Shown: positions 48,261-57,664 of the stretch, piece after piece
Position numbering within the stretch: position 1 is the first letter of the stretch
How the letters are laid out: every line of letters begins with the position of its first letter
Source of the DNA: an uncultured Eubacteriales bacterium
Lineage (GTDB): Bacteria > Bacillota_I > Bacilli_A > RFN20 > UBA1709
Direction: 5' to 3'
DNA length: 64,000 nucleotides
Assembly: GCA_964367815.1 (NCBI GenBank)
Contig: CAYIYR010000004.1
Coordinates: forward strand, 3,236-67,235
The notes under the pieces: model-generated
The model's input: only the letters and a program-made list of their open reading frames with translations
Database searches by the model: none
What the model was told of the DNA's origin: nothing
Made by a program: the position numbers and the translations under genes

Positions 48261-49880
48261 GTGTATAGTATGAAAACACTACTAATGGGCATCAACGCTA
48301 AATACATCCATCCCAATTTAGCAATTAGACTTCTCAAAGCAAATACCACCTACGATGTGGATATTATCGAATTCAATATCAAAGATTCTTGTCAAAAAAT
48401 CATTGATTATGTCTGTGATAATCACTACACCGTTTTAGGCTTGTCCTGCTATATCTGGAACATTGAGATTATCAAACAGATCCTTCTTCAACTAAAGGGC
48501 AAAGAAATAACGATAATTCTTGGTGGACCGGAAGTAAGTTATAATGCAAACTATTATCTAGAAAATGATCTGTGCGATTATGTCATAAAAAATGAAGGCG
48601 AAGAATCATTTCAACTATTATTAGATTATCTCAATGGTAAACATGACTTATATTCTATTCCTAATCTCTATTATAAAGGTTGTTTTACCTTTGATAAACT
48701 AGTGGATATTAAGTCAGCAAAGATGGCCTATAATCTGCTTGATGATGTTGAGAATCAAATTGTCTATATTGAGACATCGCGCGGTTGTCCCTTTCATTGT
48801 GGCTACTGTATGGCTAGTCTTGATAACAAATTGCGCTTTTTTGATATTGAGTTAATTATGCAAGAGATTATTAGGCTGCTAGACAAGGGCGCAAAAGTTT
48901 TTAAATTTCTTGATCGAACCTTTAATGCTAATAAACAAAACTTTCTCTCTCTAATTGATTTCATTATTAGCAATCACAAAGCAGAAAACTCTTTCCAATT
49001 TGAAATAACTGGTGATTTGTTGGATGAAGAGGTTATTGATTACATCAATAAGCGTGCTCCAAAAGACTTGTTCCGTTTTGAAATTGGCATTCAATCAACT
49101 AATCTACATGCAAATTTAGCAGTTGGCAGAATTCAAAACAATGAGCGCTTGTTTAGAAATATTCGCTTAATTCAAGAAGTTAATATTATTGATTTACACC
49201 TTGATTTAATCGCTGGTCTCCCCTATGAAGATTATCAATCATTCCAGAAAACTTTTAATGAAGTTTTAGCACTAAAGCCAAAAGAGCTTCAATTAGGATT
49301 CTTGAAGTTACTCTATGGAACCCAGTTACATGAACAAGCCTCATCTTACAACTATCATTGGCAAAAGAATGCACCTTATGAATTGATTGATAACCAATTT
49401 ATGAGTGCTAACGATATCAAAAACATTCATTATTGTGAGGCAAGTTTTGATAAGTATTACAATTATGGAATCTATTCGCGGACCATGGCTTATGTCTTAG
49501 ACAGTATTAATGATCCCTATCTTTTCTTCTATGATCTTGGCCGCTATATTGACGATAAGAAACTATTACTTCTTGAAGATTTCTTTGTCACTCTCGATGA
49601 CTTTCTGTCTCAGAGATTGCCAAACAATTATAATAATTTGCATAAATTGTTGATTATTGATTATCTGAATCACTTCACGATTAAGCCTCAAGCTTGGTGG
49701 AAAGAAAGAATCAGCCCAAAAGAAAAGAATAATCTTCTCCGCTTTTATTATGAAAAGGGATTGTTAGATTATCCTTTAGATACTTTATACAAATACAGTC
49801 TGCTTATTCCACTTCAAAATGAATATATTTTAGCAATCTACCAAGCCAATACTTTGCATCTGCAACTTTTAGCTTGCTAG
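48261..49880 (+). CDS. B12-binding domain-containing radical SAM protein (DUF4080 type)
   Basis: 539 aa. N-terminal B12-binding-like region and CPFHCGYC radical-SAM motif. Confidence 0.75.
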   Translation: MYSMKTLLMGINAKYIHPNLAIRLLKANTTYDVDIIEFNIKDSCQKIIDYVCDNHYTVLGLSCYIWNIEIIKQILLQLKGKEITIILGGPEVSYNANYYLENDLCDYVIKNEGEESFQLLLDYLNGKHDLYSIPNLYYKGCFTFDKLVDIKSAKMAYNLLDDVENQIVYIETSRGCPFHCGYCMASLDNKLRFFDIELIMQEIIRLLDKGAKVFKFLDRTFNANKQNFLSLIDFIISNHKAENSFQFEITGDLLDEEVIDYINKRAPKDLFRFEIGIQSTNLHANLAVGRIQNNERLFRNIRLIQEVNIIDLHLDLIAGLPYEDYQSFQKTFNEVLALKPKELQLGFLKLLYGTQLHEQASSYNYHWQKNAPYELIDNQFMSANDIKNIHYCEASFDKYYNYGIYSRTMAYVLDSINDPYLFFYDLGRYIDDKKLLLLEDFFVTLDDFLSQRLPNNYNNLHKLLIIDYLNHFTIKPQAWWKERISPKEKNNLLRFYYEKGLLDYPLDTLYKYSLLIPLQNEYILAIYQANTLHLQLLAC

Positions 49881-50233
49881 TCTACATTGGAAAATTCATC
49901 AATATAAATACCATCGCCTTTAACATCTAAGATGTCTTCAAAGATGATTTTTGTTTGAGCGATTGTGACATAATGACACTCGAAATCAATTCGGGAAACT
50001 AAGCCTTCAATCTCTAAATACTTTCCTTTTCGATAATAGATAACCTTAACTCGTGATTCCTTCTTAATCTGACGTATTTTCACGCCTAGTTTATCATTTT
50101 CTTCTTCCGATAATTCTACCCGTTCAACCACGGTTTTTTCCTTTTCTCTCAAAGCCTCACGAAAGCCTTTTAGTGCATCAAAAGGAAGGAATAATTTTGC
50201 GCGATCACATTTATCATTCCGCATTATGACCAC
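49877..50233 (-). CDS. YolD-like protein (accessory to Y-family polymerase)
   Basis: 118 aa, immediately downstream of and overlapping the Y-family polymerase gene, as in uvrX-yolD / yqjW-yqzH pairs. Confidence 0.65.
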   Translation of the reverse strand: MVIMRNDKCDRAKLFLPFDALKGFREALREKEKTVVERVELSEEENDKLGVKIRQIKKESRVKVIYYRKGKYLEIEGLVSRIDFECHYVTIAQTKIIFEDILDVKGDGIYIDEFSNVD

Positions 50234-51485
50234 CTACCAATTTATTACGTTTACAAGTTGTCGCCCCTTTCTCAAGATTCATACCTCGAAGAACCGCATT
50301 CTTACCAAATCTCTTCTTAATCGTAATAATAGTTTCTTGGGCGCGGCGTTCCTTGTTAATCTCTTCTGTATCAACAAAGAGATTATATTGTTCATATTCC
50401 TCATCAATAACATTATTGAAACTAACAGCTACACTCCTAATCGGTTGGTCCTTGTTAGTTGTTTCCTTATATAAATTGATAAAGTATTGGAGGATTATCG
50501 AATATGAATTAGTAACCTCTAGCATAGTAACTCCACCACCAGTATAGGAAATTATGTTATCGGCATAGCCAATACCTAGAGAAACATTATTTGTCACTAA
50601 ATGCTTATCAACTAAGTCTAAGCAACCCAGTTCAACCATTTCTTTTAAAACTAATAACGCCTTGTCATAATTATAATCATGAAAGAGAATCTGACTGTTT
50701 GATAAAGAGTTATTTTTTGACTTGTAAGCTTTAATTTGCCGCATTGTACAAGTTTCTCTTCCCCATGCATGATCGATGAGATATTCAGCATTGACTCCAA
50801 ACTCTTTATATAGAATAGATTCATCAAGATGAGCGATGCCATACATATCAGTTACCTTGTATTTTTCTAATCTCCGTGCTATTCCTCTACCTATTGACCA
50901 AAAATCTGTCAATGGCGTATGATGCCACAATGTATCTTGATAGCTTTTCTCATCTAGGACTCCCATATTTCCTTTGACATGTTTAGCGGTGATATCCATC
51001 GCAATCTTAGCCAGATAAAGATTGGTTCCTACTCCTACAGTTGCCGTAATACCCGTTTGCTTATAAACAGCATCAATCAGCATTCTTGCCAGCGAAATAC
51101 CATCGACTTTATAAATCGATAAGTACTTGGTTGCATCAATAAAAACCTCGTCTATCGAATAGACATGGATATCTTCTTTAGCAATATATTTCAAATAAAT
51201 AGCATAGATATCAGCAGAATATTTAATATATAAATTCATTCTAGGTTTAGCAATAATATAATGGAGATTTTGTGGTATTTCAAATAAGCGGCAACGATTA
51301 TGAACACCAGTCGTCTTCATCTTCGGACTAATAGCTAAGCATAAGGCCCCTTTACCACGGCTCTCATCCGCAACAACTAAATTAGTTTTAAAAGGATCTA
51401 GGTGGCGTTCGACACATTCAACCGAAGCATAAAACGTTTTAAGATCAATACACAAATATGTTTGATTGTCTGCCATAACTACCAC
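50214..51485 (-). CDS. Y-family translesion DNA polymerase (UmuC/UvrX-like)
   Basis: 423 aa with an IMS domain (CIDLKTFYASVECV...). Confidence 0.85.
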   Translation of the reverse strand: MVVMADNQTYLCIDLKTFYASVECVERHLDPFKTNLVVADESRGKGALCLAISPKMKTTGVHNRCRLFEIPQNLHYIIAKPRMNLYIKYSADIYAIYLKYIAKEDIHVYSIDEVFIDATKYLSIYKVDGISLARMLIDAVYKQTGITATVGVGTNLYLAKIAMDITAKHVKGNMGVLDEKSYQDTLWHHTPLTDFWSIGRGIARRLEKYKVTDMYGIAHLDESILYKEFGVNAEYLIDHAWGRETCTMRQIKAYKSKNNSLSNSQILFHDYNYDKALLVLKEMVELGCLDLVDKHLVTNNVSLGIGYADNIISYTGGGVTMLEVTNSYSIILQYFINLYKETTNKDQPIRSVAVSFNNVIDEEYEQYNLFVDTEEINKERRAQETIITIKKRFGKNAVLRGMNLEKGATTCKRNKLVGGHNAE

Positions 51486-51595
51486 CTACTTCAAGTAGGT
51501 CCATTTTAACATTATCATTTTAAAAATCAATCGCTTGTAAAAATATTCCTGACTATTTTTTTCACTTTCTTCTTTTCTATAAAAAGAAAAGATAC

Positions 51596-52876
51596 TCAGT
51601 TATCATCCACCGAAAAAACAAGTTGCTCAAAATACTTTCCTCTTTCACAATAGTTTTTGAATTGATCAAAACTGGCACAGGAAGGAGACAAAACTATAAT
51701 TTCCTTTTCTTGGGCATTCCTTAGTGCCGCCGAAAATGCCTCGCTCAATGTAGTACCATACCAAGCACAGCTTATCTGATTAATTATTTTTTCGCGTGCT
51801 TGCCCGTAGGCATAATAATGAACATGAGGATAAATCGCTAAGCAGGAGAAGTCAAGATTTTTATCCTCTCCCCCAATCAAAATATGCAATTCCCTATTAG
51901 GAAAACTTTCAATCGCTTTGATAGTTGCGGCTGGCGCAGTAGACTTTGCATCATTGTAAATTGCGACGCCTTTAATACTTCTAAGGTATTCTAAGCGGTA
52001 TTTGGGACCCTTAAGTTTCTTAACGCATTGGTTAATTCGCGAGACGCTTACACCAAGTCGGCGCGCGATAGCTAGACAAAGCAAAAGATTACTAATATTG
52101 TGTTTCCCCAACAATCCCGCAGTTGAGCAAAGAACTTTTTCACCCTCATAAATAAAACCATTCGCAAAGTAATAATCAGCTGGTTTGCTAAGTGAGAAGG
52201 AAAGATCTGGATAGGGATAATCTTGAAGGCGTTGTACAATCAATTCATCGTCAAGATTCAAGATAAATAAGCTTTGATCATCCATGTTGCTAAGCAGTCT
52301 AAATTTGGATTCATAATAAGTTTCTAGACTTTCAACTTTATCAAGATGGTTTGGTGAAAGACTGGTAATTGCTGCAATTGTTGGTTTAAAAGTATCAATA
52401 TTCTCTAATTGGAAATTTGATAGTTCTAATAAAACTACACTTCTAGAAGTAATCTCTCCAATCGCACTAATATATGGAACATCATTATTACCTAGCATAT
52501 AGACCTTAAAATCTTCTTGTAATAGTTGTTGTAAATAAGTAAGCGTAGTGGTTTTTCCATTGCTACCAGTTATCGCTATTATTATTCCCTTTGGATTGAA
52601 ACGATAGGCTAACTCTATCTCAGATAAGATTTCACCACCATTACTTTTATATTTTTGCAGTAATGAGTCTCTTAAGGGAATACCGGGACTACGAATCAGA
52701 TAATCATATTGAAACAATTGATTGTCACTAACACTTTCAGTCAGAATAACTGAATAATTATCTATTTCATCTGCTTCGTCCTTGTTAACGAGAATCGCAA
52801 AATCTAAGCCTCGTTTGCTTAATTCCTTGGCAACCGCCTTATTGGTTAATCCATAACCATACAAAAGATACTTCAT
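51596..52876 (-). CDS. murD: UDP-N-acetylmuramoylalanine--D-glutamate ligase
   Basis: GSNGKTTT P-loop. Start is probably MKYLLYGYG, overlapping mraY by 4 nt; the ORF-track start at 52960 would overlap by 88 nt. Confidence 0.85.
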   Translation of the reverse strand: MKYLLYGYGLTNKAVAKELSKRGLDFAILVNKDEADEIDNYSVILTESVSDNQLFQYDYLIRSPGIPLRDSLLQKYKSNGGEILSEIELAYRFNPKGIIIAITGSNGKTTTLTYLQQLLQEDFKVYMLGNNDVPYISAIGEITSRSVVLLELSNFQLENIDTFKPTIAAITSLSPNHLDKVESLETYYESKFRLLSNMDDQSLFILNLDDELIVQRLQDYPYPDLSFSLSKPADYYFANGFIYEGEKVLCSTAGLLGKHNISNLLLCLAIARRLGVSVSRINQCVKKLKGPKYRLEYLRSIKGVAIYNDAKSTAPAATIKAIESFPNRELHILIGGEDKNLDFSCLAIYPHVHYYAYGQAREKIINQISCAWYGTTLSEAFSAALRNAQEKEIIVLSPSCASFDQFKNYCERGKYFEQLVFSVDDN

Positions 52877-53853
52877 GAAAGAACACCTACCATTGTCGCA
52901 ACTAAACACAAGCAGAAGCCAGCCAACCAAAAGACCATTACAATACGCCACTCGGGCCAACCTTTCTTTTCTAAATGATGATGGAATGGTGCCATCAAAA
53001 AAATGCGTTTTTTGGTAAACTTATAATAGGCAACTTGTATAATTACAGACAAAGTTTCAGCAATAAATAAAGCGCCCGCAATTACGAGAACTAAATATTG
53101 TTTACTAAGCACAGCAATTAGCCCTAAAATTGCCCCTAATGCTAGACTTCCACAATCACCCATAAAGATTTTCGCTGGATGGAGATTATAGACTAGGAAG
53201 CCAATAAGAGAACCAATAAGACAAACAAGTAACTCTGCTATGGCATAATTGTAGTTCTTCAAAAAGATAACTACAAAAGGTAACAACGCGAAAAGAATAA
53301 GTCCACTGGCAAGTCCATCTAAACCATCACTAAAGTTCACTGAATTCGCACTTCCCACTACGATGAAAATCACTAGGGGAATCATGAATAAGCCGAGTTT
53401 TAGAAAAAGGTTGATAATAACTAGGTCAATACCCGATACTCCGCCATAATACTGACCAATAATAATTAGGCCTACTAAACCAACTATACCTTCTAGGCAG
53501 AGACGAAAAAGTGGGCTTAAGCCTCGATAATCATGGGTGTATCTTTTTAATAAATCATCCAACAAACCAATTATAAAGAAAGCGACAAAGACAATAATCA
53601 CCCCTCTTGGCATGGTTTGTGTAACCCAAGAAGGATGAATAAGTGTGTAAACAAGAATAGTTGTGGGGACAAAGATAAGGCCACCACTGGTTGGTGTTCC
53701 CTCTTTCTTGCGATGATTTGGCAAGGTAAAGGAACGCTCAATCTGACCATTATGACTTCTTCTGATATACCATTTAGTCGCCAGTAAAGATAATAATAAA
53801 CTTAGGATAAAACCTACGATACTATGAAGAAAAACTAGTGTTTGCTCAGACAT
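52873..53853 (-). CDS. mraY: Phospho-N-acetylmuramoyl-pentapeptide transferase
   Basis: 326 aa, 10 TM, with MraY motifs (DDxxK-like, GTPTSGG). Confidence 0.9.
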   Translation of the reverse strand: MSEQTLVFLHSIVGFILSLLLSLLATKWYIRRSHNGQIERSFTLPNHRKKEGTPTSGGLIFVPTTILVYTLIHPSWVTQTMPRGVIIVFVAFFIIGLLDDLLKRYTHDYRGLSPLFRLCLEGIVGLVGLIIIGQYYGGVSGIDLVIINLFLKLGLFMIPLVIFIVVGSANSVNFSDGLDGLASGLILFALLPFVVIFLKNYNYAIAELLVCLIGSLIGFLVYNLHPAKIFMGDCGSLALGAILGLIAVLSKQYLVLVIAGALFIAETLSVIIQVAYYKFTKKRIFLMAPFHHHLEKKGWPEWRIVMVFWLAGFCLCLVATMVGVLS

Positions 53854-55253
53854 TGATTAAACACCTCTTTATCATTATAGGGAATCTTAAAATCTTTGAT
53901 TATCTGATAATTTTCTTGGCCTTTACCAAAAAGTAAAATGATATCATTTGGTTCTGCTAAACTAATAGCTTTAACTATCGCATCTGATCTCGATAAATAA
54001 GAAAAGGTTTTGTTCTCATATTTTTTTAATCCTTGCAATGTTTCATCAATGATAACTTTGGGGTTCTCATAGCGAGGATTATCACTGGTGACAATCACTT
54101 TATCGGCTAGTCTACCTACTACTTCACCCATCTTTGGTCGCTTGGTCCGATCACGATTACCCCCACAACCAAATACCGCTATTATCTTTCCATTACAAAT
54201 AGGTCGCATAAAACTCAAAACTTTTTCTAATGCATCGGGTGTATGGGCGAAATCGATAAAAGCACTATATTTACTTTGATAGATACACTCCATCCGCCCA
54301 CTTATTGGCGAAAGATGAGCAAGAGAAGGCAATATCTGTTCATCTCGGAAACCTAGACATTTCAAAGCCGCATAGCAAGCAGTGACATTATATACGTTGA
54401 ATTTAGAGACTAAGTTTGTCTTGACTTGCTGACTGTTGATATTAAATACGCTTTGGTTTCGTGTTAGGTGGCACTGATTAATAAAGTAGTTGCAATCAGA
54501 TGTTGTACCAAATGTGCTTACCATTCCCTTGGACTGCTCTTTCATTAATTGAGCATACTTGTCATCATTGTTAACAATACAGAAACCATTGGTTTTTACC
54601 ATACAAAATAGCTCTGACTTTGTCTTGGCATATTCATCAATTGTATGGTGAAAATCAAGATGCTCATGCGAGATATTAGTGAAAATTGCACCACTGAATT
54701 TAATCTCACTTACTCGTTTCAAGGCCAAAGAGTGACTTGAAACTTCCATAATCACATGAGTACAATTTAAGACTTTCGCATTATAAAACAAACGCGCTAG
54801 AATAACGCCATCGGGAGTTGTGTTATCTAACTCTTCTTTATAGTCCCCGCTAAATACACCATTAGTCCCAATCAACATCACTTTGACATCAAGAGTAACT
54901 AACATTTGATAGATGCAACTAGCGGTTGATGTCTTTCCATTTGTTCCAGTCACGCCAATGATTGTTAAGTCATCATATGGCTCATTATAGAAGTAGGCTG
55001 CCAACCGATTTCGCTCATCCTTAATTGTCGGGCAGTGGTAGATTCGATCACCCGAATACTTATCACTTATAACCGCTACTGCTCCATTAATAAAAGCCTC
55101 ATCAATGAAGGAATTACCATCATGATTATGACCTTCATAAGCCAAGAAGATGTCTCCTTCTTTCACCTTCCTAGAATCAATTTGTAAGGTCATCGCTTCT
55201 GTCGAATCATCACTAAACACACCAATAAATTCTAAGACATTTTTCAATATCAT
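53835..55253 (-). CDS. murE: UDP-N-acetylmuramoyl-L-alanyl-D-glutamate--2,6-diaminopimelate ligase
   Basis: 472 aa with P-loop GVTGTNGKTST and DNPR motif (meso-DAP-type). Confidence 0.85.
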   Translation of the reverse strand: MILKNVLEFIGVFSDDSTEAMTLQIDSRKVKEGDIFLAYEGHNHDGNSFIDEAFINGAVAVISDKYSGDRIYHCPTIKDERNRLAAYFYNEPYDDLTIIGVTGTNGKTSTASCIYQMLVTLDVKVMLIGTNGVFSGDYKEELDNTTPDGVILARLFYNAKVLNCTHVIMEVSSHSLALKRVSEIKFSGAIFTNISHEHLDFHHTIDEYAKTKSELFCMVKTNGFCIVNNDDKYAQLMKEQSKGMVSTFGTTSDCNYFINQCHLTRNQSVFNINSQQVKTNLVSKFNVYNVTACYAALKCLGFRDEQILPSLAHLSPISGRMECIYQSKYSAFIDFAHTPDALEKVLSFMRPICNGKIIAVFGCGGNRDRTKRPKMGEVVGRLADKVIVTSDNPRYENPKVIIDETLQGLKKYENKTFSYLSRSDAIVKAISLAEPNDIILLFGKGQENYQIIKDFKIPYNDKEVFNQCLSKH

Positions 55254-57169
55254 AATATCCCACCGCTTTCTTTCAACATAACTACTATGGTCGCCCCACT
55301 TTCTAATCTAGTCCCTACTTTCGGTATTTGATCAATAACTACATCGCCTTCACCAACCAATTCAAACTTGAAATTAGCTGACTTTAAGTCCCTCTTATTT
55401 CGACCAATATAGTTTTCTACAATATATGTTTGAGGATCTAGCCAACTATACTCTTTTGGCAATTCATCCTTTTGAGGAGAAATATCTAAGGAAGCGAAGG
55501 CATCAAGCAATATTTCTTTCACAATCGGTGCACAAATAGTACCGCCATATTGAACAGGAGATTTTGGTCGTTCTAATGCCACATAAACTACAATTTGGGG
55601 GTTGTTCATGGGTGCTGCCCCCATAAACGATAGAATATACTGACCATCAAGATAGACACCATTCTCCGCTATCTGTGCGGTACCTGTCTTCCCGCCCACT
55701 CGATAATTATCAATGTAAGCATTTCTTCCCGTTCCATTGGCAACGACGCTTTCTAAAGCCACCCGCATTTTCGCTGAGGTTTCTTTTGAAATAACTTGTC
55801 TTCGCATAGTTGGCTGTTTCTTAACAAGAACATCACCAGTAGATCCTTGAATGATTGAATCAACAATATAGGGCTCATAAAGGTAGCCACCATTGATTAT
55901 GCAAGATAATCCAGTAACCATTTGGATGGCGGTTACCGAGATGCCCTGACCAAAAGCAGTAGTCGCATTCTCAAGCTCATGATAGTTGTCTTTGGCAAAG
56001 AAGATACCAGAAGATTCGCCATAGATATCAACTCCCGTTTTAGCAGAAAAGCCGAAGGCTTTAATATAATCATAGAGTTTGTCGGCACCTACTCGGCGCG
56101 ATATTTCCACAAACCCAGGGTTAGAAGAGTTTTCAATTACTTCTAGGAAGGTTTGTAGTCCATGGCCACCCTTTTTCCAAGATTTTATTGTTCGACCACC
56201 AATAACTTCATAGCCGCGATCATAATAAGTATCTTTATACATATCAAAAACTTTTTCTTCCAACCCGGCCGCGAAAGAAAAGACCTTAAAAGTAGAACCA
56301 GGTTCATATGATTTCCAAACTGGTAAGTTTCGATTATAGATTTCTTGAGAGTATTGTTGATAGTTATTCGGATTATAGTTTGGCCTACTAGCTATTCCAA
56401 GAATCGCTCCATTATTAGGATTCATTGCAATGGCATAGGCGGAGGTGGGATTATACTGCCGATATGCATTTTCTAGCTCTCTTTCCAAAGAGTTTTGAAT
56501 ATCTAGATTGATAGTAAGCTGCAGATTCATACCGCTAGCAGGAGCTTCCAAACGACTTTGATAATCGTTAAACAATCCACCCTTGGCATCCATGATATAG
56601 TTCAAGCTTCCATCCTTACCAGCAAGAAGCTCATCATAATAAGCCTCAAGACCGGCCAGCCCTTGATTATCAATGCCAACAAAACCAATTGTTGCTGCCA
56701 AAGAATCTTCATAAGGATAATAGCGAAGATTATCTTGGATAAGATAGACGCCATCAAGATTAAGTCTTTTGATTGCCCGTGCCTGCTTATCACTAATCTT
56801 CTTACCTACTCCATTCAACTTAACGATAGAAGTTCTCTTACTGATTTGTCGATAAATGCTATCTCTATCCCCACCGAGAATGGTTCTTAATGATTCAGCG
56901 GTCTTTTGCGCATCTTTTATCTGATAGGGAATAACAGCAATGGAAGTAACTGGCAGATTAATTGCTAATTGATTTCCCTTACTGTCTAAGATAATTCCTC
57001 TAGAAGCACTTATGGGAAAACTTCTTTCCCATAAATCGGTGGCATAGGAAAGTAAAACATTTTGCCTGATTATCTGCGAGTATGCTAATTTCAAGAGTAT
57101 ACAAACTAATAAGCATATGCAGACAGCATTGATAATTTTTATTTTTCTTTGCATACTACGAAAGAGCAT
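55250..57169 (-). CDS. Class B penicillin-binding protein (SpoVD/PBP2B, FtsI-type) with one PASTA domain
   Basis: 639 aa with STFK, SSN and KTGT transpeptidase motifs and a C-terminal PASTA domain. Confidence 0.85.
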   Translation of the reverse strand: MLFRSMQRKIKIINAVCICLLVCILLKLAYSQIIRQNVLLSYATDLWERSFPISASRGIILDSKGNQLAINLPVTSIAVIPYQIKDAQKTAESLRTILGGDRDSIYRQISKRTSIVKLNGVGKKISDKQARAIKRLNLDGVYLIQDNLRYYPYEDSLAATIGFVGIDNQGLAGLEAYYDELLAGKDGSLNYIMDAKGGLFNDYQSRLEAPASGMNLQLTINLDIQNSLERELENAYRQYNPTSAYAIAMNPNNGAILGIASRPNYNPNNYQQYSQEIYNRNLPVWKSYEPGSTFKVFSFAAGLEEKVFDMYKDTYYDRGYEVIGGRTIKSWKKGGHGLQTFLEVIENSSNPGFVEISRRVGADKLYDYIKAFGFSAKTGVDIYGESSGIFFAKDNYHELENATTAFGQGISVTAIQMVTGLSCIINGGYLYEPYIVDSIIQGSTGDVLVKKQPTMRRQVISKETSAKMRVALESVVANGTGRNAYIDNYRVGGKTGTAQIAENGVYLDGQYILSFMGAAPMNNPQIVVYVALERPKSPVQYGGTICAPIVKEILLDAFASLDISPQKDELPKEYSWLDPQTYIVENYIGRNKRDLKSANFKFELVGEGDVVIDQIPKVGTRLESGATIVVMLKESGGIL

Positions 57170-57295
57170 ATTTTAATCACCATTTTAATCTATGTTTTAA
57201 TCTTTCTAATCATTCTAGCAATAGCTAAGTTTGACAGTTTGCCCTAGCTATACTATTATTTAGAAAGAAAATATTTTCTTTTAAAGGAGACTTCT

Positions 57296-57664
57296 ATGAA
57301 ATTTTTTGTAAAACTAGCTTTCCTATTTGGCTTACTCATATTTGATGTTGTTCCTGTCCCTATGGCCTGCGATAATCCGCAAAGACAAATGACCGTCTAC
57401 TTTGTTGATAGTACCCAACATTGGCCATCGGACGAAGATAGCATCTATGGCACCGTGGTCATAAAGATTAATTCCACCTTAAAAGAGGAGCAATTAATCA
57501 CTCCCACTAAGGACGGATATACATTTGATTATTGGGCCTATGATGAAAAAGGTGAAGAACCATTTAATCTTTCAGATAAGATGACCACGACTTATAACAA
57601 GCCTATTTGTAAATACTGTCGCTTACTATATGCTATTTGGACTGAGAACACAGCAGATGCTTAA
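57296..57664 (+). CDS. Small secreted protein with one Listeria-Bacteroides (Flg_new) repeat
   Basis: 122 aa. Signal peptide and PTKDGYTFDYWAYDEKGEEPFN motif. Sigma-A-like promoter TTGACA-17-TATTAT upstream. Confidence 0.55.
   Translation: MKFFVKLAFLFGLLIFDVVPVPMACDNPQRQMTVYFVDSTQHWPSDEDSIYGTVVIKINSTLKEEQLITPTKDGYTFDYWAYDEKGEEPFNLSDKMTTTYNKPICKYCRLLYAIWTENTADA

Noticed and set aside
51486-51595. Search for a LexA (Cheo) box upstream of the Y-family polymerase
   Set aside because: No GAAC-N4-GTTC-like element is present. Only the RBS-overlapping palindrome, reported separately.
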